Origin: an uncultured Verrucomicrobiae bacterium
GTDB lineage: Bacteria; Verrucomicrobiota; Verrucomicrobiia; Chthoniobacterales; JAFAMB01
Assembly: GCA_963837955.1 (NCBI GenBank)
Contig: CAWIPH010000002.1
Span: 1,472,001 to 1,536,000, forward strand
Length of the DNA: 64,000 bases
Direction of reading: 5' to 3'
Shown here: one piece after another, positions 40,639 through 51,180 of the stretch
Position numbering within the stretch: the first letter of the stretch is position 1
Layout of the letters: every line of letters starts with the position of its first letter
Program-made: the position numbers and the translations under genes
Notes under the pieces: generated by a model
What the model was told of the DNA's origin: nothing
The model's database searches: none
What the model saw: the letters and a program-made list of their open reading frames with translations, nothing else

Positions 40639-43140
40639 ATGAAGCTAGGGTTCTTGGGTGTTTCATCAATTACAATTTTCGCTATTTTGTTACTGGGCGC
40701 TAACAGTCTGGTAACGGCTCAGGATGCCGATCCACCTCCCTCCAAATCTACAGGTCCGACTGGAGGAAATCTTCAGCAGATTGTTGTAAGCGCTGGCATT
40801 CCACCTGAGGACTCCATCTTGCCGACTGCAGTTCCGACCGATGCAGTCCTCGGCACCAGCGCGAACATTCTCGATATTCCACGCGGAGTGAGCCGGATCA
40901 CTGAAAGCCAGCTGCAAGCGCGGCAGATCGAAGATGTGGTGTCGTTGAGCCAATTTGCGTCCGGTGTTTTCACGGGTTCGAGCTTTGGGGCACCAAGCAA
41001 TCCCTTTATCCGAGGGTTGCCGGCGGAAATGTATCAGAACGGGCAACGACTTTCTTACACATTCGACAGCTTCATTCCCAGCTTCAACGCCGTCGAGTCC
41101 ATTGACGTAGTGAAAGGGCCTGGTGGTCCGGTGATCGGTCCATCCAACCTGGGGGTGGGTGGCTATGTTAACTTTGTCACCAAAGCCCCTTATTTCGATC
41201 GCTGGCATGGAGCACTCAGCTTTACTTTAGGTAATCTGGTCGAAGGTGGATCTTCCTATTTGCGGCCTGAATGGCAGCTCGACTTCGGCGGTCCGCTGAT
41301 CAAGGACAAGCTCGCGATCAGGGTAAGTTATCTTGGACGTGAAGCCGACACTTACTACCAGAACGTGAAAGATCATACCCAAGATATCTTCGCTGCGGTC
41401 ACGTTCATTCCGACTTCCGCGTTGAGCTTCGACTATACGGCTCAATTCTATGAAGAGCGGTTCAACGAGAACGAAGGATTTAACCGTGTCACCCAACAGC
41501 TGATTGACAGCAATACCTATATCGCCGGCCCGATTACGCCGGATTTCTTTGGTTTTCCCAGTCCGATCGGCGGGTTCGTCAGCCCAAACGCCAACGGTAC
41601 GTTTAAGGTCGTCAAACTCCATAACTATCAAACGCTGACATCTCCGCAGGACTCAGATTATGGTAAACGCTTTTTGACTCAGCTCATCAGCAAGGCCCAA
41701 ATCACTCAGGATTTTCAAATCGTTTGGCGCACCCTCTTTGAAGATACAGAGACACGAAAGAACGAGGCCTACGGATATCGGGAATACAATCCGATCGATA
41801 ACGTTTTTGATACGCGATTGGAACTGCATTGGGATCTGCACCTTTTTGAAAGTACGTCGACGGAAAACAATGGCTATGCCAAGGACGGAAAGACTCCGAT
41901 TTCGACGACGGTGGAACATCCGGGCATCATCAACCACTTCGTTGCCGGAGCCAGTTACCGTCACGAAGAGAATCGCGCTTACCAGGATTTTACTAATGAA
42001 ACGTTTGTACCGTACGATCTCTCGCAAGGTCCCAATTTTGCGGTACTGCCGACAAACGTCATCTTTGGTGGACGCATTATCCCCGGTTCCGGTGGATATA
42101 CCGCCACTCCGAGCGCTTCGGTTGAGTCGCACTTAAACGACTTCGGGTTCTTTATAGAGGACAACATCGATCTCACCAAGTGGCTGACCGTCTATCTCGG
42201 GGGCCGCGAAGATTATATCAGCGCGAGGTCGCACCAGCCGGAACTCGGGACTTTTCTGGACGGCACCGGCGGTACATTGGCCGCGACGCCTTACCGTAGT
42301 CGTAACACACTGAACCCATCGTACTTTGGCAGCATTGTGGTAAAGCCTGCCTCTTGGCTCACGACCTATGTCACTTACAACAAGACCAACTCGGTCCAAG
42401 GTCGAGCGAATTTCGGCAGTATACCAAACAATTTCAAGACATCGCAATTCGCTAATGCGGTCGAACTCTACGAAGCGGGTATTAAGGCCAGTCTTTTTAG
42501 GAACACACTGTTCGCCAGCCTCACTGGATACTACGAAACGTACTATCAATACGATCTCCACAATAACCGGCTGGGCACTCAGACCAGAGGCCTGGAAGTG
42601 GAAGCTGCCTACCAGCCGAACAAGAATTTTAGCGCTACCGCTAACTTCACCTGGTCGCATTCCAACTACACCAATGCGTTTAACGTTTTCACCGAATCAT
42701 CTGATTACTTAAATGCCTTCGCCCCTCCTTTTGTCGACTCGAACGGAAGAGGCGGGAAGGGCGGTACGAGTTTTCTGGCCTTCAGTCCCAATTTTCAGGG
42801 GGTGACATTCAAGAATTCGAGTCCCGATGTCACAGGATTTCCTGATATCGTATTCAACGCATTCGCTACATATCAGTTGGATTGTGGTCTCGGTATAAGC
42901 GTGGGTCCCCAAGTCACCGGTCCCATGTACGCCAATCCGAATAAGACTCTGAAGATCCCAGCGCAAGTTACTTGGAATGGCGCCATTTTCTACAAACAGA
43001 AGAACTTCGAGATCTGGCTGAATTTCTTCAATTTCACCGACGAGCGAAACTTTTCCCCATCCTACGTCGTCGTCCAAAATGACACGATCTTACCGAACGA
43101 ACCATTCCACGCGAACTTAACTATCAAGTTGAAGTTCTAG
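40639..43140 (+). CDS. TonB-dependent receptor
   Basis: Signal peptide, QIVVSA TonB-box-like, plug (IRG...ESIDVVKGP...GGYVNFVTK), beta-strands, C-terminal Phe. Confidence 0.92.
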   Translation: MKLGFLGVSSITIFAILLLGANSLVTAQDADPPPSKSTGPTGGNLQQIVVSAGIPPEDSILPTAVPTDAVLGTSANILDIPRGVSRITESQLQARQIEDVVSLSQFASGVFTGSSFGAPSNPFIRGLPAEMYQNGQRLSYTFDSFIPSFNAVESIDVVKGPGGPVIGPSNLGVGGYVNFVTKAPYFDRWHGALSFTLGNLVEGGSSYLRPEWQLDFGGPLIKDKLAIRVSYLGREADTYYQNVKDHTQDIFAAVTFIPTSALSFDYTAQFYEERFNENEGFNRVTQQLIDSNTYIAGPITPDFFGFPSPIGGFVSPNANGTFKVVKLHNYQTLTSPQDSDYGKRFLTQLISKAQITQDFQIVWRTLFEDTETRKNEAYGYREYNPIDNVFDTRLELHWDLHLFESTSTENNGYAKDGKTPISTTVEHPGIINHFVAGASYRHEENRAYQDFTNETFVPYDLSQGPNFAVLPTNVIFGGRIIPGSGGYTATPSASVESHLNDFGFFIEDNIDLTKWLTVYLGGREDYISARSHQPELGTFLDGTGGTLAATPYRSRNTLNPSYFGSIVVKPASWLTTYVTYNKTNSVQGRANFGSIPNNFKTSQFANAVELYEAGIKASLFRNTLFASLTGYYETYYQYDLHNNRLGTQTRGLEVEAAYQPNKNFSATANFTWSHSNYTNAFNVFTESSDYLNAFAPPFVDSNGRGGKGGTSFLAFSPNFQGVTFKNSSPDVTGFPDIVFNAFATYQLDCGLGISVGPQVTGPMYANPNKTLKIPAQVTWNGAIFYKQKNFEIWLNFFNFTDERNFSPSYVVVQNDTILPNEPFHANLTIKLKF

Positions 43141-43307
43141 TGCCTAGAACTCCGGGCGTGAGGGATCGCAGCCTGTCCGACATAGCTTTTGATGCATCGC
43201 GCTCAACGACCGTGCGCTTCTGCGACGTCGGATCCTCGCGATCCGCGGCGCACAACGTGTCCGACACAGCCTTCTCGGATGCCCGGTACAGAATGCTTGA
43301 GTGCGAC

Positions 43308-43536
43308 GTCCCGGAGGGACTCAATGAAAGTAGCCCAGTACGAAGTGCTGGGTGGCGTTCAAAAAACGACCCGTCCCGGACGGGACGATCGATGGCTCCT
43401 TACGCTGGTGAAGGACCGCATACGAAAAGGACCAGGAACCGAAACATTTCGATCGTCCCTGCCGGGACGGACGTCTCTTTTTGCATTATTTCCCAGCACT
43501 TCGTACTGGGCTACTCTCATTGAGTCCCTCCGGGAC
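43308..43536. repeat. ~230-bp palindromic REPIN/MITE-like element
   Basis: ~45-bp terminal inverted repeats GTCCCGGAGGGACTCAATGAAAGTAGCCCAGTACGAAGTGCTGGG; inverted second copy at 53622-53835. Confidence 0.85.
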
Positions 43537-43591
43537 AAGCTGTGCGCCCTCCCTGTTACGGGCAGAGAACCGCCGGATTGATCCTACCCAA

Positions 43592-44959
43592 CTACCTCAC
43601 AAAATAATGCAAAAGAAAGATCGCGGCTAAAACGAAAGAGAGTACCGAGATCTCCCTGACTTTCCCGGTGAAAAGATAAATCAAAACGTGCGCGATAAAG
43701 CCGAGTGCTAATCCATCTGCAATAGTGCCAAGCACCATCAATAGGACTGTAAGCACAGCCGGTGCTGCTACTGTCAGATCTTTCAGATCCAACTTCGCCA
43801 GGCCTTCCATCATGAAGATTCCGATCACAACCAAGGCCGGAGCTGTCGCAGCGACCGGTATGATCTGAATGATCGGGTTAAAAAAGAGAGCTAGTAAGAA
43901 GCAAACCGCGACCACAAAACTAACAAGTCCGGTTCGACCACCTTCTTCAACGCCTGCGGCTGACTCAATATATTGGATCGTCGTAGACGTTCCCAGTAAG
44001 GCGCCGCCTGCTGCGGCGGTTGCATCAGCAGCCAATGCTTCCCGAATCCGTGGGAGGTTTCCATTTTGGTCGAGAAGTCCGGCTCGACTGCCGATTGCTA
44101 ACAGAGCAGCCATAGAACCAAACAAGTCGGAAAAAAGGAGCGATAGGATGATGGGGACGGTTTGGGCTGGATGGATCCAAAAGTAGGAGAAATCCAGCTG
44201 AAGGAATAGCGAACCGATCGAGCTCGGCCAATCGATCAGCTGGTTGGGAAATTTCGTGATATGACTACCCGGTGCGGTTCCCGGAAGAAATAACCCGATG
44301 AGAGTTAAGATAAGGATCGACAATATCAATGCTCCCGGAACCCGTCGCTTTAACAAGATGACGGCGAGGACTATGCCAAAGAAGCTGAGCGCTGCGGCTG
44401 GCGCTGTGATATTACCGAGAGTGACAAATGTATTAGGATTTGCCACGATAATGCCGGCATTCTTCAGACCGAGAAACGCGATAAAAAGCCCGATACCCGC
44501 AGTGATTGCGCCTTTCAAGCTGTTCGGAAACGATTCGATGATTTTTTGTCGCAATCCGGATACCGAAAGAAGGAAGAAGACCAGCCCGCTGTAGAAGACC
44601 AATCCAAGGGCAGAGCGCCACGGAATATTTTGAGCGATACAAATGTGAAACGCGAAAAAGGCGTTGATCCCCATTCCGGGCGCCATAGCGATCGGATAAT
44701 TGGTCCAGATTCCCATCAGGACGGAAAAGACGGCGGCGGCTAACGCAGTGACCGTGATCAAACCTTTGAAGTCCATCCCGGTTTGCGACAGGATCTGAGG
44801 GTGGACCACAAGGACGTACGCCATGGTAGTAAAGGTGGTCAGACCGGCGAGGATTTCCCGGTGCAAGCTGCTGCCGCGCGCGGCGACCTTAAATCGGCGT
44901 TCGATGACACCTTGGGCTGGGCGGGTTCGCTCGGTTTGTTGCAGATCACTGGTCGGCAT
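43592..44959 (-). CDS. NCS2 family (AzgA-type) adenine/guanine/hypoxanthine permease
   Basis: EILAGLTTFTTMAY, APGMGINAFF, GIGLFI, YIESAAGV..GGRTG. Confidence 0.93.
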   Translation of the reverse strand: MPTSDLQQTERTRPAQGVIERRFKVAARGSSLHREILAGLTTFTTMAYVLVVHPQILSQTGMDFKGLITVTALAAAVFSVLMGIWTNYPIAMAPGMGINAFFAFHICIAQNIPWRSALGLVFYSGLVFFLLSVSGLRQKIIESFPNSLKGAITAGIGLFIAFLGLKNAGIIVANPNTFVTLGNITAPAAALSFFGIVLAVILLKRRVPGALILSILILTLIGLFLPGTAPGSHITKFPNQLIDWPSSIGSLFLQLDFSYFWIHPAQTVPIILSLLFSDLFGSMAALLAIGSRAGLLDQNGNLPRIREALAADATAAAGGALLGTSTTIQYIESAAGVEEGGRTGLVSFVVAVCFLLALFFNPIIQIIPVAATAPALVVIGIFMMEGLAKLDLKDLTVAAPAVLTVLLMVLGTIADGLALGFIAHVLIYLFTGKVREISVLSFVLAAIFLLHYFVR

Positions 44960-45030
44960 ACGGCCGGGAGAGCGAGCAGATAGCAGACCAACTGGGTTTT
45001 GAGTTAGCTGAAAGTAAGGAAGCGGCCGTT

Positions 45031-45050
45031 TTGTTCATAATACTGATCAA
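45031..45050. promoter_or_regulatory. Putative operator palindrome between the divergent permease and regulator genes
   Basis: TTGTTCA-TAATAC-TGATCAA. Confidence 0.4.
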
Positions 45051-45239
45051 TGTTGTCAACGGTTTCCGTTTGAATTGGTCAGCCTGTGAAAAGCGGAACA
45101 CGCGCGAGCGGTTGACCTTGCCACTTTTCCTGTGGGTGTCGGTCTGCGCGGGTGTGGCCTCTCGCCGGATCCTCACAATTCGCGTTCCGTCCCCAGGTTC
45201 TAGATTCTAGCTTCGAGATTCTATATTCCGGTCTTCGAA

Positions 45240-45255
45240 TGGCACGGCATTCGCT
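45240..45255 (+). promoter_or_regulatory. Sigma54 (-24/-12) promoter
   Basis: TGGCAC-GGCAT-TCGCT, 14 nt before GTG 45270. Confidence 0.7.
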
Positions 45256-45269
45256 GAGATCCTGATTTT

Positions 45270-45920
45270 GTGGAGTTAGGGAGAAAACTGAAGTTTCATC
45301 GCACCGTCCGCAGCATGACCGTGCGAGAACTCGCCAAGAAGGCCAGCTGTTCCAATAGTCTTATCTCGCAAATCGAACAGGACCGCGTCTCTCCTTCGAT
45401 TCGGACAACCGAGCGCATATGCCAGGCGCTTGAAGTAACGCTTCCCGATTTCCTTCGGATTGAGCCACAGATCGATCTCCCGATAAAAATCTCTCCGCGG
45501 AAACAAGAATGTGAAGTGGTAATGGAGTGGCCAAACGCGAAATTGTATCGCCTGTTGCCTGCGGAGCTAACTTCCACGTTTACTGCGCTTTTGCTTCGCT
45601 TGGAAAAAAAAGGATTCACGCCCGTACGTCGCTCACCTAGCTCAGTGAAAGATTTCTGCGTGGTACTGCAAGGGACAGTCACCTGCTGTGCGGGAACTGA
45701 GGAATATCTGCTGGAACCCGGGGAAACCCTCTTATTCGACGCCATGCTCCCGCATCAATGGTTCAACCATGGAGAGCAAGTTGCGGAGGTGCTGTTCACC
45801 AGTCCTGTGGCGTTCCAACTCTTCGAAAGGGTCGAGAAAGATCTTCGATGGCGGGAACATTTCAAAAAAACGAAAAGGACAATGCGTCGCCGCAAACAAC
45901 CAACGTCGAATGGCGATTAG
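45270..45920 (+). CDS. XRE HTH + cupin transcriptional regulator (PuuR-like architecture)
   Basis: LISQIEQDRVSPSI HTH; LEPGETLLFDAMLPHQWFN cupin. Confidence 0.9.
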   Translation: MELGRKLKFHRTVRSMTVRELAKKASCSNSLISQIEQDRVSPSIRTTERICQALEVTLPDFLRIEPQIDLPIKISPRKQECEVVMEWPNAKLYRLLPAELTSTFTALLLRLEKKGFTPVRRSPSSVKDFCVVLQGTVTCCAGTEEYLLEPGETLLFDAMLPHQWFNHGEQVAEVLFTSPVAFQLFERVEKDLRWREHFKKTKRTMRRRKQPTSNGD

Positions 45921-45945
45921 CTTTAGATAATTATTTTCTATATTC

Positions 45946-46965
45946 ATGACTGCACCGACTCGATTCCCGAGCCATGCGATTGTGGCATTACCGAAAGCTG
46001 AGATTCATATCCATATCGAAGGATGTTTCGAGACTACCGATATTGAACGGCTGGCGAGTCAAGCCAACGAGCCGCTCCTCCGACCAAGAGAGCGGCTCTT
46101 TGAGTTTGATGGTCTTAGCGATTTTTTGCATTTCTTGGATTGGACTTGTGGTTTGGTTCGCACCCAAGATCAATTGGCAGAAGCAAGTTACTCCCTTTGC
46201 CGGCGTCTGAGTCAAAGCGGAGTTCGGTACTGTGACGCGATTATCAACCCGACTCACTGGGGACTTTGGCGCAAACACATTCCGGAGCTGATTGCCGGGT
46301 TGGACCGCGGCTTTGTAGCGGCCGAACGAGACGGTCTGTTGCCAGTCGGCTTGTGCATCAGTTTGCTCCGAACCCAAAGCGCGGATGAGGCGATCGAGTT
46401 GGTCGAACTACTGCTAAAATTGAATCATCCGCGGGTTGTAGCATTATCAATCGACGGCAACGAAGCAAGAGCGGGCAGAACCGGTCCACGGTTTGCGGAG
46501 GCTTTTCGGAAAGCTCGTGAAGGAGGTCTGCGGCGAACCGTCCATGCCGGCGAATCGAGCGGTCCGGAAGGAGTTCGCGATGCGATCGAATTCTTGAACG
46601 CGGAACGAATCGACCACGGCGTTCGGGCAATCGAGGATCCAGAGTTAGTCAAAATATTGGCCGAAAAAGGGATCCCGCTCGGAATCTGTCCGGCATCAAA
46701 CTTAACCCTCGGACTTTATCCGGCATTGGACCAACACCCGCTCGAAAAACTTCGCCGCGCGGGCGTTCTGGTGTCGATCAATACCGATGATCCGGCTCCA
46801 CTGGGATTGACGCTGCATAACGAGTACGAGAAATGTGCTTCAGCATTCAATTGGTCTGAGTCCGACCTCCGGGCAGTTGCGAGAACCTCAATCGAGGCTA
46901 GTTTCGCCGACGCAAGTACCAAGAAACAGCTACTTCAGGATGTAGCAAATTGGAGGGCGGAATGA
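45946..46965 (+). CDS. add: Adenosine/adenine deaminase
   Basis: LPKAEIHIHIEG, HAGE, RIDHG, CPASN, INTDDP. Confidence 0.9.
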   Translation: MTAPTRFPSHAIVALPKAEIHIHIEGCFETTDIERLASQANEPLLRPRERLFEFDGLSDFLHFLDWTCGLVRTQDQLAEASYSLCRRLSQSGVRYCDAIINPTHWGLWRKHIPELIAGLDRGFVAAERDGLLPVGLCISLLRTQSADEAIELVELLLKLNHPRVVALSIDGNEARAGRTGPRFAEAFRKAREGGLRRTVHAGESSGPEGVRDAIEFLNAERIDHGVRAIEDPELVKILAEKGIPLGICPASNLTLGLYPALDQHPLEKLRRAGVLVSINTDDPAPLGLTLHNEYEKCASAFNWSESDLRAVARTSIEASFADASTKKQLLQDVANWRAE

Positions 46966-47095
46966 CCAGGGTTCTCGCTTCGGCGAACAGATGCTGCGCG
47001 GAATGCGCGTTGCGCGCTACCGCGCATCTCCGTTCCAAAGGTATCAATAATCGAATCTCGCCGAACACAGGTCCCGTCATTTTCTGGAACTCTGA

Positions 47096-48344
47096 ATGAC
47101 CGAGGAACTACCACCTCTTCTGGGAAAGGCTTTTCCCCGCAACAGGCTCGCACCCGAGGAACTCGCTCTCCTTGTTGATTTACAACAAATCCTTGATACG
47201 GAGATTGCACCTACAGCCGCAGAGCATGACGCGGTTGGACGATACCCTACCCAAGCTATTTCTGCGCTAAAACGTTCCGGTGTTCTCAGGACGGGTATCC
47301 CGAAAGAGCTTGGTGGCCTCGGATATTCGCATCGATTTTCCTTGGAAGCACAGGTGCGAATCGGTGTCGCTGACTCGGCCGTAGCCCAGATTTTTAAGAT
47401 TCACGACGAACTGGTGCGCGAGATCTTGGTCTACTGCCCCGATGCAATGCGGGCTAACTTGGTTCGCTGGCTACAGCAACGATAATGCTATTCTTGGTGT
47501 TGCGGTGGGTGAGGCCGGACGAAAAGTGAATGACCCATGGACCACCATTTGCACGCCGCAAAACGACGGTGGCTTCATCGTGGAGGGGAAGAAAATCTAT
47601 ACGACCGGCTCAGCCGAAGCAGATTTCATCGCGGTCTGGGCTTTTAATCCTCAGGCGAAAGGTATCGAGCAGAATCCGTTGCTAGGGGCTCAGCTCAACC
47701 TCGTGCCGAAATCAGCTCCTGGTGTAACCATTCATCGCGATTGGGATGCCTTGGGACAACGAGCGACCGATTCCGGGACCATTACCTTCAATAGCGTGAA
47801 GATTTCACCGGGGCATGTCGCGAGTGTATCGGGAAAGGCGCCCTTGCTGCACTCTAGCCTCCGCTATCAAGCAGGGTTTGCCGCCGTTCTGCTAGGAATC
47901 GCAATTGGAGCGCTCCGCGCCGCGGTTCCTTTTATTAACGAACGAAGCCGCCCGTGGCCGTCGTCGGGAGTCGACAATGCTGCTGCCGATCCCCTTGTTC
48001 AACGGCTCGCGGGTGAACTGACCGCTGATCTGGCTGCCGCCTACGCGCTTACCCTGGAGACCGGCGACTTGTTAGATGAATTTGAACAGGGCTCGATCGA
48101 TCGAACCGAGTTAGCAATTCCGATATATGCAGCAAAAGCAGCCGCTTCGCGTGCCAGCCTACGAGCGGTGTCGGAGATCTACGCCTTAATGGGTACGCGC
48201 TCTACTGCCCGAACCAACGGCTTCGATCGCTATTGGCGAAATGCTAGGACTTTATCCCTCCATGATCCGGTCGATTGGAAATACGCTGAACTGGGACGGC
48301 ATGTGCTGACCGGATGGGATCCGCCACCGGGAATCTATCAGTGA
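47096..48344 (+). CDS. Acyl-CoA-dehydrogenase-fold protein (DszC/SfnB-like putative monooxygenase); frameshift near 47475
   Basis: GIPKELGG, ADSAVAQIFKIH, G.KIYTTGS, DWDALGQRATDSG, DRYWRNARTLSLHDP. Confidence 0.8.
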
Positions 48345-48419
48345 GGTTAAGGCTCGCGCAGTTGGCAGTTCACTGTTCGCGCTGATAAACGATTGCCTAT
48401 TCAGGTTTGTTCGGAAGGT

Positions 48420-49764
48420 ATGCGTTTGGTGCTGAAGAATATCGGCTATCTCGTGACGATGAATCCCGCACGTGAAGTTCTGCGAGATGCTTACGTTGAG
48501 ATGGAGAACGGACGGATATCGCAGATTGGTCGAGGCCAGTTTTCGTCATCCTGCGGCGAAATCATCGATGCAAAAGGTGGTGTAGCGGTTCCGGGATTGA
48601 TCAACACCCACCACCACATGTTTCAGAATCTAGCCCGTGCCTATGCTCCCATCTCGAATCTGCCGCTCTTGCCGTGGCTCAAGGGACACCTACCGCTTTG
48701 GAGATCTTTTACTGGGGAGGATCTCGCGCTCGCTACTGAAGTTGCGATGGCTGAGCTAATGCTTTCGGGTTGCGCGACGACGTCCGATCATCATTATCTC
48801 TTTCCGCGCAATAACGGGGTCAGTATCGATCGTCAATTCGAGGTCGCAGAGAGACTTGGCATGCGACTTCACAGTTGCCGCGGCTGCTTAGACATCGAAT
48901 CGGACATCGTGCCGAGCTGGGTTATCGAAAGTGTAGATGAAGTGAGCACGGACATTTTGAGGCTTGTGGAGAAGTGGCACGATTCCGAGCCCGGAAGTAT
49001 GCTGGCAGGTCGCACCTGCACCCTGTACCGTCTTCTCCGCCTCAAGTGATTTGCTTCGAGAAACCGCAGCCCTGGCCGAGGCAAAGGACCTGCGCATGCA
49101 CATCCACTGCGGAGAAACTCTGGACGAAAACGAGCTAGCGCTCGCAGAGCTCGGTCGCCGGCCGTTCGACTACCTGGAGGATCTGCATTGGACTGCCGAT
49201 CGGGTTTGGCTCGCTCATGGCATCCATTTTACGGACAACGAAGTTAAGCGAATACATTCCAGCAGGGTCGGCGTTGCCCACTGTCCGACCTCGAACATGC
49301 GATTAGGTTCCGGAATCTGCAGGGTGAAAGATCTTCGGCAAGGAGGAACTGCGGTGAGTCTTGGAGTGGACGGCAGTGCCTCCAATGATTCCAGTCATAT
49401 GTTGAACGAAGTTCGGCAGGCCTTGTTACTCACTAGAGTTTTGCACGGAGCCGGCGCCATGACGGTTGAGGAAGCGTTGGAGATGGCCACCCTTGACGGA
49501 GCACGGAATCTGGGACGCGAAATGGACCTCGGATCGATTGAGCAAGGAAAATGCGCGGATGTCGCGATCTTTCCGGCCAGTGACCTGGCGAGCAGTGGTG
49601 CACATGACAAGGTTCATGCTCTCGTTCTTTGCCTGCCGAGAAATGTCGAGATGTTGGTTGTGAACGGTAAAGTCCGCGTTCGGGAAGGAAAACTCATTGG
49701 CGTCGATTTGCCGGTGCTGCAAGAGAGACATGCCGCTGTTGCGACGCGCCTGGCGAATCTCTGA
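48420..49764 (+). CDS. 8-oxoguanine deaminase/AtzB-like amidohydrolase; frameshift near 49005
   Basis: PGLINTHHHMFQNLARA, DHHYLFP, APC..FS, H.HCGE, WLAHG.H, HCPTSNMRLGSG, GVDGSASND. Confidence 0.85.
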
Positions 49765-49783
49765 TCGACGCTCGCTCCACAAG

Positions 49784-51142
49784 CTACGCCGCGGCGAGTT
49801 CAGTCAATAAATGTTGGTTCAGCGAAACGCCTAAATAGAGGTTTTCGATCGGGAAATTTTCATTCGGCGAGTGGACACGGCAATCCATCCACTCGAGTCC
49901 AATCAAGAGAGTATCGATATCCAAGACATCTTTCAGCACCTGTGTTACCGGAAGAGTTCCGCCTCCGCGAATCAGCGCGACGGACCTGCCAAAGGTGGCT
50001 TCCAGTGCCCGTCTGGCGGCCAGCGCAAACGGCGAATCAAATTTCACCAAATAGGGTTTACCTTGATGATGGTCGATAATTTCGAGCCGGACAGAGTGCG
50101 GACATTTTTTGTGTAAATACTCTTTGATCAGGCCACGGATTTCGTCCGGATCCTGATCGGGTACGAGCCGAAACGAGATCTTGGCGGAGGCCTTGCTGGG
50201 TACAATCGTTTTCGGACCTTCACCGGAGTAACCACTGACGAAACCGTTCACGTCCATCGTCGGTCGTGCCCAGATTCTTTCGAAGCTCGTGAAGCCCCCT
50301 TCACCTGAGAGCGCTGGAGAACCCGTAATTTCGAGCCAATCTTGATCGCTCTTTGGTAAGCCTGCCCAGAGCTCGTGCTCCGCCGCGTCGACCGGTTGCA
50401 CCCGATCGTAAAAGCCAGGAATTGAGATTTTACCTTCGGCAGTCTGCATGCTCGAGACTAGCCGAGCCAACGCATTTGCCGGATTGGCGACCAGTCCACC
50501 AAAAATCCCCGAATGAAGATCGGCGCTGGGTCCCTGCAAATGGACCTCCATGCAAACCACGCCCCGGACTCCGTAGAGCAAGGTTGGAACGCCCGGAGCA
50601 ATCATCCCGGAATCTGAGATAACCGCGATATCACATTGGAAAGCGTCCCGATGCTGTTTCAGAAAAGGTTCAAGGTTTCCGCTTCCACTTTCTTCCTCTC
50701 CTTCCACTACAAAAATCACGTTGACCGGTAATGTATTCTCTCTGATCGCCCGCTCTACGCCGAAAAGATGAGGAAGAAGCTGACCTTTGTTGTCGGCCGC
50801 ACCGCGGGCGACGACGCGGTTATCTTTCACAGTTGGCTCGAACGGAGGTGAATCCCACAAATCGAGAGGATCTGGAGGCTGAACATCGTAATGACCATAG
50901 ATTAAGACAGTCTTTCGATCTTTCTTCGGACGGCTGCGCGCCACCACGATCGGATGACCTGCTGTTGCAAATTTTTGGGCATCGAGTCCGGCTCGCTCAA
51001 AGCGTGCAGTCAACCAATCGGCACAAGCGCAGACCTCGCTCTTATACCGCGAATCCCCTGAAATCGATGCGAACCGGATGTAAGAAAATAGATCGTTCAG
51101 TATCTCGTCCACGAAGATTACTGTAGCAAGGATCGGGCCCAA
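49784..51142 (-). CDS. M20 family dipeptidase
   Basis: YGHYDVQP, RGAADNKG, EGEEESGS, DLHSG, HSPNE. Confidence 0.92.
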   Translation of the reverse strand: MGPILATVIFVDEILNDLFSYIRFASISGDSRYKSEVCACADWLTARFERAGLDAQKFATAGHPIVVARSRPKKDRKTVLIYGHYDVQPPDPLDLWDSPPFEPTVKDNRVVARGAADNKGQLLPHLFGVERAIRENTLPVNVIFVVEGEEESGSGNLEPFLKQHRDAFQCDIAVISDSGMIAPGVPTLLYGVRGVVCMEVHLQGPSADLHSGIFGGLVANPANALARLVSSMQTAEGKISIPGFYDRVQPVDAAEHELWAGLPKSDQDWLEITGSPALSGEGGFTSFERIWARPTMDVNGFVSGYSGEGPKTIVPSKASAKISFRLVPDQDPDEIRGLIKEYLHKKCPHSVRLEIIDHHQGKPYLVKFDSPFALAARRALEATFGRSVALIRGGGTLPVTQVLKDVLDIDTLLIGLEWMDCRVHSPNENFPIENLYLGVSLNQHLLTELAAA

Positions 51143-51180
51143 GAGACTTGGCCCGCTTCCCGCTGCCTAGGGTCACGCCT

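Noticed and set aside
43140..43581. ORFs of 127 and 130 aa after the TonB receptor (likewise ORFs over 14463-14889)
   Set aside because: They lie over palindromic repeats and have no protein-like features.
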